Source: Oopsacas minuta
Taxonomy: Eukaryota; Animalia; Porifera
Direction: 5' to 3'
Length of the DNA: 64,000 bases
NCBI GenBank assembly: GCA_024704765.1
Contig: JAKMXF010000288.1
Span: 62,001-126,000, forward strand
Shown: positions 56,853-64,000 of the stretch, piece after piece
Layout: each line of letters begins with the position of its first letter
How positions within the stretch are numbered: position 1 is the first letter of the stretch
The notes under the pieces: model-generated
What the model was told of the DNA's origin: nothing
The model's database searches: none
The model's input: the letters and a program-made list of their open reading frames with translations, nothing else
Position numbers and translations under genes: made by a program

Positions 56853-57088
56853 CCGTAAACTGGGGCTACTTTGGCCAACTGGGTTTGCTTTAGCCCAAAT
56901 ATTGAAATTTGCTTACATATCGAATAGATATTGTATTTGTATTCGGAATTGTCTACCAATATTAGAAAATTCGTTAAACATTTGGCTAGTCATTTTCAAG
57001 TATAATACTAAATCCAATCTAGTTTCTTTGAAGCTTTGATATTTGGGCTAAAGCAAACCCAGTGAGCCAAAGTAGCCCCAGTTTACGG
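56853..57088. mobile_element. 234-bp MITE family, copy 2 (inverted relative to 50255-50488)
   Basis: Same TIRs; the interior matches the reverse complement of copy 1 with scattered substitutions. Confidence 0.85.
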
Positions 57089-57485
57089 TATATCGTTATG
57101 TATATATTTGAATTTAATAATATTAATGCTGAATCATAAAATATCAAATCAAACAAGTCCATGAAAAGTTGGACAGCTCTGCAATCATAGGAAATACTCT
57201 GAATTTCCAAATACACTTCAGCAATTAGTAATTATTCAGTGTATATACGTATATTATCTGATAGTCGTTGTCTCTCTGGAATGAGTCATGTCCCTCCTAA
57301 GATTAATGAATGCAAACTTCTATTTATTTACAAATACAAATAATTCAGGTTAGAAAAGCAAGTTTGCAAACAATAATGGTTATCTCTAAATAACAACTAT
57401 ACACTATATATCTAATTATGAAGTTTACATTTGTTTGTTTGTTTTTGAAATAAACACATTTGTAAATATGCAAAAATAACAATAT

Positions 57486-60088
57486 TCACGCATCAGTATC
57501 GCCACTAACTCTAAAACGAATAAACTCCTCAAATACGAAATCACTGTCATCTGGCCCGCTATCAAATTGTATCAAATCTTCTTGTTTTGGCTTAGGATCA
57601 AGGGCATCGTATGCAGGAGGTAGTGATTCTAATTTTTCAGGTTCGTTTGGAGCTTTGGGGGCTGTGACTGGTTCAGGGGGAGGCGGAGGCTTGGGGTGAG
57701 TTAATAGGAAGGGGAGGTTCAATTTGAGATCAGTACTTAGAGCTACTACTAGTGTTACCTTGATCATGTATCGTACTATTATACCGTATTTCTCTTTGTA
57801 CTCAGCTAATTGTGCAGCAGCAGGAGGGAATATTGTAGAGGAAGCAAGGAGGGTATCTTCATCACGGAGGTGACCGTCTACTGCTAGCCCTCTCTTCTCT
57901 TTACACTTCTTAAACAGAGGTGTTAGCGTGTATGTACGTTGACAAGATGATCCTGGTAGTAGCGGGAATCCATCAGCTGATTCTAATTCTGCTACTACTC
58001 GTTTGTATTGTGCTGATACACTCCAACATATTTCGGTGAATTGACGTGCTGATAACTTGATGCGACGAATCTAGATACAAGAGACTATTGTCAATACCTA
58101 CTCTATATCTAATATACGGAGCAGTGTATTATCCAGACATTTGGCAAGGGGGGGAAGGAGACAAACTAGAGTTCAGGATATATGAGGGGGAATGGTCCCC
58201 AAGAAATTTTGAAAAATTTATTCTCCGAGGTGCATTGTGGAATTTTTCGAATCCTAGGGGGCGCTTAAGATAAAATCATATTTGAGTACATATTAACTGA
58301 GCTGCAGTGAAAGATTCGTTACAACGAAGTGATTCTTTCCCCCCTATAGCTTGAAAGTAATTGACTTTACTCCGCTTACAATGAAATGAAACAGGGGCAC
58401 TTCCTTATAATGAGAGTTAACTGTAATAACATTGGAATGGTATTGGAGGGATTGATAAAATGTATTAATTTAGATAATCAAGTAATTTTCAAAGAGGATT
58501 TGAAATCATAGGTAGAAGCACGTGGACATCGGGAGATTAGGGAAATGGCGAAAGTTCGAGGAGGTAATTGCCTTCTCTGCTTCAATGATAGCTACACCCC
58601 TGCTTAGTGCTGTTCCTGAGATCTAGACAGCCCCGGACGAGATTACCCGGTTCTCTGGGGTTCGACTTATCTACATACAGTGTAACCTGACTAACCTCCA
58701 CAAACTGGGTGTTAAGGACGCCGAAATAAACCATTTCTCCCAAATTCCTCGTTTGTGGAGGTAAATTTGTATGTGACTAGGAATTTGCTTTATATATTTC
58801 ATTCCGTTTCCACAGGCCCGTTTGTAGAGTTTCTCTGTAAGATATGTATAACTTACTTGTCTACTAGAAGCATTAGTGATAGATACATTAATCTTAATCT
58901 CTTCTCCGTGGTAATACACTGCTTTATCCAGATTAGCTTCTACATGTATAGGATTACTACTGAGCATGTATTCCTTCTTAACATCAAGGGTAGGACGATT
59001 AGGCATTGAGTCAGCAGGTGCGTGGGTTAATTTTTTAATCGTCAGTGATACCATTCGCTTCTTCTCTGGCTTCTCGTTAGCTTGTCTGGCTATGTAAGAT
59101 TTTAACTGATAGTCAATTCCACATTGTCTGTCAGGTTCTCCAGGCATTCCTTGTAGTATGAGAGAGGGAGAGAGGCCTGGAGGAATTGTGAAGCGAAAGG
59201 GATGTGCGTTCTCTCCGAGTTTACGGATTAGACGTCGTTGTAGATTGCTATGTACTTCATCACCTGAGGGAGGGTAGACCTGTAGAATTGGAATATAGTA
59301 CAGTTAGCCTACAGTCACTCCAGTTATATCGAAGCTAGCCAAAGAGACAGCTAATTACTTCAATATAAGCTGAGTTCAAAATATGGACGATGAAATTATA
59401 TTAATTCGGTTTGGGACCATATTTGTACAAGTTAAAACTTCGATTACAAATGGGTATTCCCTCGATATATATATGATATATGATATATGATATATGATAT
59501 TAATTAAAATGGAATTTTATTGAAATTAAGAATACTCTATAGTCAATTCAGACAAGTTTTTTCCAGGTATCTTGTATCTTGTACCAATTACAATCAGGGT
59601 CAGTTATTATTGAATCAATCCAGTGGCCACAATAAAATCATTCCCATAGGATTAGTATTAATTAGTTCGGTTAAGAAGTCAAATAGCCACTGAGATTTGA
59701 GTCAAATATTTTTCAATTATTTTACCTGAAAAATTCCATTGAATAATATCTTCTCAAAATTTATCCCAATAACTTCCAATTCTTCTTTCCCGTATCGGAA
59801 CGCTCCTTCTAACTGACAGAAAACCTTTTTCGCATCTCCGTCCTTGTTTAGATAGACAGGATCCACCAGTACTACCCCCTCTACAGCCTCCACGACATCT
59901 CCCGTGTCTAAGAAATCCCTCTGTCCTACATAGACTGTGATTCTACCGTTAGGACTTGTCTTCTTAAAAACCTTCTGACCTGATCTGAGTTTTGGTATCG
60001 GCTGTGTTTCCATTTCTGCACCCTCTGGGATTTGTTTAACCTCCTCTGTCTGAGGCGGTTTCTCAACTTCAGGATCTCTACTTGCCAT
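57486..60088 (-). CDS. ARRB: Beta-arrestin; exons 60088-59726, 59279-58857, 58070-57486; 456 aa
   Basis: VFKKTSPNG.ITVYVGQRDF.D, AFRYGKEELEVIG, KRGLAVDG.L.DEDT.LASST, THPKP, clathrin box LIQFD and AP2 motif DFVFEEFIRFR. Confidence 0.95.
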
Positions 60089-60398
60089 TTTAAGCCAATT
60101 CTACAATCCTAATACATTTATAGAAGAATCAATAGAAGCCTAATATACAATACTAGCAATATTGGACACAAAAACCACAATAAAATATATGGAATTATTT
60201 CCTTATTGAAACTAATAGATGTAATCTATTATAATATTTGATACAAATAATATTATTGATAAGAAATACATATTTTATGGAATTGTTATCACTAAGGGTA
60301 ATATATCACAAACAGGAAGGGTCTTCAAAATGCATGCGGTTTTGAGAATTGAGAACGTGGACATTGCATTGTATAGCATTAGTCTTCCTTAAGGGGCG

Positions 60399-61115
60399 TC
60401 ACGCGTCAGATTCGGGAGCACATTGGTTAGCACTCACCAAAAGAGAATAGTTGACATTAGTTTTTCTTAAAACATTTAAATCTACTTCTGATTCACGAAT
60501 TATGAAAGTTACAGGATCATCTGTATGCAATTCATAAAACATTTCGAATTTGTTCTTTTTTAAAGAAAATGATTGTACTACTTCTCCTTTGACAGTAATT
60601 GTCTTGTTTTCATCTTCAAAGTAGGCATGGACCCTTTTTGTTGACGGTTTATTAGTAGTATCTTTTGGAAACTTGACAAAATCTTTGTTACAACTACACA
60701 GTTTGTTTATGCTATCTCTCAACTCATTCATTCTCCATGTCAGTTGAATAGTAGGAATTTGTATGTCAATTTCCTTATGAACTGATTTGAAAGTCTCAGT
60801 GAGATCAATTTTAGGAATGACAGTAGGATTCAAGTTTAGAATCAAATTTTCCATCCTTTCCTTACATTTGATAACTTCATTAATGTCTTTCTCAATGTCT
60901 TGCCTTTTCTTCTTCTTTCTCTCATTCACTTCTGTCCAAATACTGTCCAATTCTCTCAACACCTCTTCTGATTTCATGTCTATCAGCTGTTTCATTTCTT
61001 CTCTAACACGAATTACTTCTGATTTATTCTCTTCAATCACTCTTTTAAATAATTTCAGTTTCCTCTCAAGCTTATCACTCACTGGGATTGGATTAACAGG
61101 ATTAACTGATGCCAT
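60399..61115 (-). CDS. Uncharacterised coiled-coil protein with a possible PB1-like C-terminal domain; intronless; 238 aa
   Basis: 717-nt ORF with an ATG 15 nt after an acceptor. The coiled coil and the IP..L.W...L..SI linker resemble the N-terminal part of the NHL paralogs. Confidence 0.7.
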   Translation of the reverse strand: MASVNPVNPIPVSDKLERKLKLFKRVIEENKSEVIRVREEMKQLIDMKSEEVLRELDSIWTEVNERKKKKRQDIEKDINEVIKCKERMENLILNLNPTVIPKIDLTETFKSVHKEIDIQIPTIQLTWRMNELRDSINKLCSCNKDFVKFPKDTTNKPSTKRVHAYFEDENKTITVKGEVVQSFSLKKNKFEMFYELHTDDPVTFIIRESEVDLNVLRKTNVNYSLLVSANQCAPESDA

Positions 61116-62334
61116 TTCAATAACAATATTCTGTTTTAATAAAGTCTATTAGTTACAATTATCAATTAATACAGACTACTAATATATAATATATTGAATG
61201 TCTTATTTATTTTTGTAATTCAATCAGCCGACTTTAATATTATCAAATTAATTTTATTGGATTATTGAAACTAAATATCCATAAAAGCAAAGAAAGATAA
61301 AATTGAATTTTACTAATCTGTTAGACATTAAAAATGTCAAAATCGAATTCTACGTCCCTGTTTACCCCTAATTAACAAGTGGAAGCTAATCTCAATGATA
61401 ATTTTGAAATATTCACCAAAAGGTGTCGAAATATGATTAATCATATGATAAACCAGTGCACATCACAGCCTACGTAACTATAGCCCATTCACGGTCTAAA
61501 ATTTCATGTACCATGGATTCCTTCAAGTCTATTAAATTTGACTTACAATTCTATTTTTATCGTTAAAACAAAATCGGTGAATTTAAACTCGAATGAATGT
61601 ATTACAGAAGCCATATTATCCAAATATTACCAGTTTGAAATGACGTCACCTGTTTGGTTAGAAGGGCAATATGTTGTTAAAAATGCACCAAACATATTAT
61701 ACTAGTATACTAAGTCAACCATTTAGAACTGAGCCACTTTAATATGTAATAGTGTTAGTCAGCACAGTAAATATTACTACTTTTAGGAAAGAAGCTATAT
61801 TTACAGAATACCTAAAGACGTATCATAATACAAGATTTTGTTGCAAATGCTGTTTAGAACAACATTTGGCTGATCACTTGAGTTGTATACAGCTATGATT
61901 AGGTGTCACGTAACCAGATGTGGCATGAATTTTGAGGGCTCCGGTTAAACAGTAGCAGCATTACCAAAGTGGTCCTGTTGAAATCTTATTTAGCATTGCA
62001 ATACTAACCACAACAATAAGTATTGTTAGAACTGTCGCGGTTCTATGTATATTATTAAGAACCAAGTCGAGTCGATGGCCGCAATAATATTATTCCGATG
62101 GGATTTGTAATAAGTTCAGTTGCCTTATGAACAAGATTTATGTCACATGATAAGTGATTCTGACAGTATTTCGTAAAGTTAGTAAACAAATGAAAGCAGA
62201 TTAAAATATTGAAAATATAAACAATAAACAGCTATCAAATTAATAAAACAACAAACGAATAAACCTGATTCAGATAAACAAAGAATAAATCCTTAAAGCA
62301 ATAATAATAATAATATCAATAAAAGTATCAGAGA

Positions 62335-63801
62335 TTAAAACATGCTAACTTGCTCAGAATGGTACATACACAGATAAATATCCTTCGTAATACGGTCTAC
62401 GTAATTTGGAATACGAAGGGTTTTGTCGTTACGGTCAGATGCCATCCAGTCCAACATCATCTCAGGAGAAGTAAGCCATTTCTCTAGCTCTGGGAGTTCA
62501 GTAACACGGGGTATGTTCCGTCCGAAATTCGTACCGACTCGATCCGCCATACTATCAAACATCACCCAATTCCCTTTACACCGTGCGAAACACACATAAT
62601 GACTTTTCTCGATAGCTAATACTGCGAATAATTCCATTTTTGCTGGAGGGAAATTCGCGGCTCCTTTTGGTAGCAGTAATTTCTTAGGTTTATGGTCTCT
62701 TCGTCTGTGGTGAACGATTTTAACGCAATTATCGCAATAATATACGAATACGTTAGTGTAGTAGTATAGCTTAATGTCTTCACAATCAGGACAACGATGC
62801 ATTGCATCATCCATACAGACAATACATTTAGGTCCGTATGTTGTTGAAGTGAGATTATCTAGTGATAGCTGTAAGCTAGGGAATATGCGAGGATATATTT
62901 TGAAATCTTTCCCAAATCTAGGCATTTGTAGCAGCAAAACATGCGGTGCACTAGCCAGAATAATTTTGTGTTCCTTTAATGAATGTTCTAATAAATATTG
63001 GACTGTTGGGAGAGTTACGTTAGCTTGTTTTGTAGAAAATATTTGATAAATATACTCAGCGTTTACTTCATTATTTTCCTGTTTCAGGTTCAAATAAGGC
63101 TCAGCATTTAAAACATGCTGCAGTAAAACTTTAAGAAATTCCTCTGGGTCTTTCTCGTTTCTAAGCAACCCATCTATTATCCCTGCATTACTCAATTCTC
63201 TACGTAACATCATTATTTGATCGGCTCGGACAAATTTAGCTTTTCTAAGGGGAAATACGATTCGTGTTTGTAGTACTTCACGTACATAGTTATACCGTTG
63301 TATACTCACAGTCTCAAAGCCGGGGGGGTGAGTAGTTTGGCCTTTGAGGAAAAGTGGATCGAAAGTACTTGAAAACGCGAACATTCCGAATAATGACGCA
63401 TCCATATAACAAGAATTCAAATGTCCTTGTATTCCTTTCTTTTCACCTACTATCTCTTTCACTGTATTAAGAGGGGGATATGACTCGTTATAAGGGGTAA
63501 TTGTTATATGTGAGTTTTCAAATAAATTCGGTAATCCTTCTATAGTAGATTCATCTGATATGTTCACTTCCACTTGAGGTTTGGAAGAATTCGGGATTCT
63601 ACACTTGCTTATGTGTACAAGTGCTCCGTGCTCAGGACGACACTTAAATAGGCGTTTATCGTAGAGTACACCGTCTGGTGTCTTCCAGTCAGCTGGGTGG
63701 CCAGGCGGCACATTATCCAGTTCAATTCCAACATGAAGTTCATTTTCAAACTCAATAGTACATCTGTATAAGCCATGCAAATAGCCATAGTCAGTAACTA
63801 C
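62335..63801 (-). CDS. CYLD: CYLD-type deubiquitinase (CAP-Gly + USP with B-box insert); terminal exon only, 5' exon(s) outside the window
   Basis: CAP-Gly (VGIELD..DG....RLFKC..EHG.LV), KGIQGHLNSCYMDASLF, EKDPEEFL, zinc insert C..C...C..C, SHYVCF and FDSMADR. Acceptor TTCCACAG| at 63802. Confidence 0.93.
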   Translation of the reverse strand, partial: VVTDYGYLHGLYRCTIEFENELHVGIELDNVPPGHPADWKTPDGVLYDKRLFKCRPEHGALVHISKCRIPNSSKPQVEVNISDESTIEGLPNLFENSHITITPYNESYPPLNTVKEIVGEKKGIQGHLNSCYMDASLFGMFAFSSTFDPLFLKGQTTHPPGFETVSIQRYNYVREVLQTRIVFPLRKAKFVRADQIMMLRRELSNAGIIDGLLRNEKDPEEFLKVLLQHVLNAEPYLNLKQENNEVNAEYIYQIFSTKQANVTLPTVQYLLEHSLKEHKIILASAPHVLLLQMPRFGKDFKIYPRIFPSLQLSLDNLTSTTYGPKCIVCMDDAMHRCPDCEDIKLYYYTNVFVYYCDNCVKIVHHRRRDHKPKKLLLPKGAANFPPAKMELFAVLAIEKSHYVCFARCKGNWVMFDSMADRVGTNFGRNIPRVTELPELEKWLTSPEMMLDWMASDRNDKTLRIPNYVDRITKDIYLCMYHSEQVSMF

Positions 63802-64000
63802 CTGTGGAAAGAGAAGTAGAGTGGAACATGCTTATAATTGAATCATTTGAACGTCACAGTATATTCGCTATAACCATGTTCTGTATGCATTAATTAATGA
63901 ATTATCCTACAGTCAACTCCTGATATATCGAAGCTCAAGCAACAGCAATATTTACTTCAATATAAGCGGATATCTCCATATATTCGTGCTTGATATAACT

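Noticed and set aside
58530-58575. TTAGGG/CCCTAA as a telomerase template, and CCTCCTCG as an HDV-like ribozyme loop
   Set aside because: Only one repeat unit with no alignment region; the HDV P3 helix cannot form.
58696-58776. Possible 81-nt frame-preserving cassette exon in arrestin intron 2 (TAG|...GAG|GTTAGT)
   Set aside because: The acceptor lacks a pyrimidine tract, and the insert would split the conserved strand SSRQ-IRRIK. Not supportable without reads.

Overview
AT-rich, compact animal genomic DNA. The gene style (B-box-less coiled-coil+NHL paralogs, adhesion GPCRs, many intron-poor housekeeping genes) suggests a sponge, possibly a glass sponge; this is inference. I reconstructed 19 protein-coding genes by hand from GT/GC-AG junctions and frame continuity: RPL13, SF3B2, an SRSF4/5/6-type SR protein, POLR2I, two adhesion GPCRs, LENG1, ERCC8, ACTL6, MITD1, CEP57, TPI, mitoferrin, beta-arrestin, CYLD (5' partial), three coiled-coil+NHL genes and one coiled-coil orphan. 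There is also one tRNA-Thr(AGT), a decayed DNA-transposase fragment and many MITEs. Most notable: (1) an adhesion GPCR with two tandem Ig-like+GAIN/GPS modules from a duplicated phase 1-1 exon; (2) a 3' splice acceptor just upstream of the ATG in 16 of 18 gene starts, plus long same-strand gene runs with short spacers, as expected for spliced-leader trans-splicing and operons (cis 5'UTR introns are the alternative); (3) three housekeeping genes nested antisense in introns of other housekeeping genes; (4) an unexplained GC-rich structured segment in an arrestin intron. All exon coordinates were read manually and need RNA-seq confirmation.
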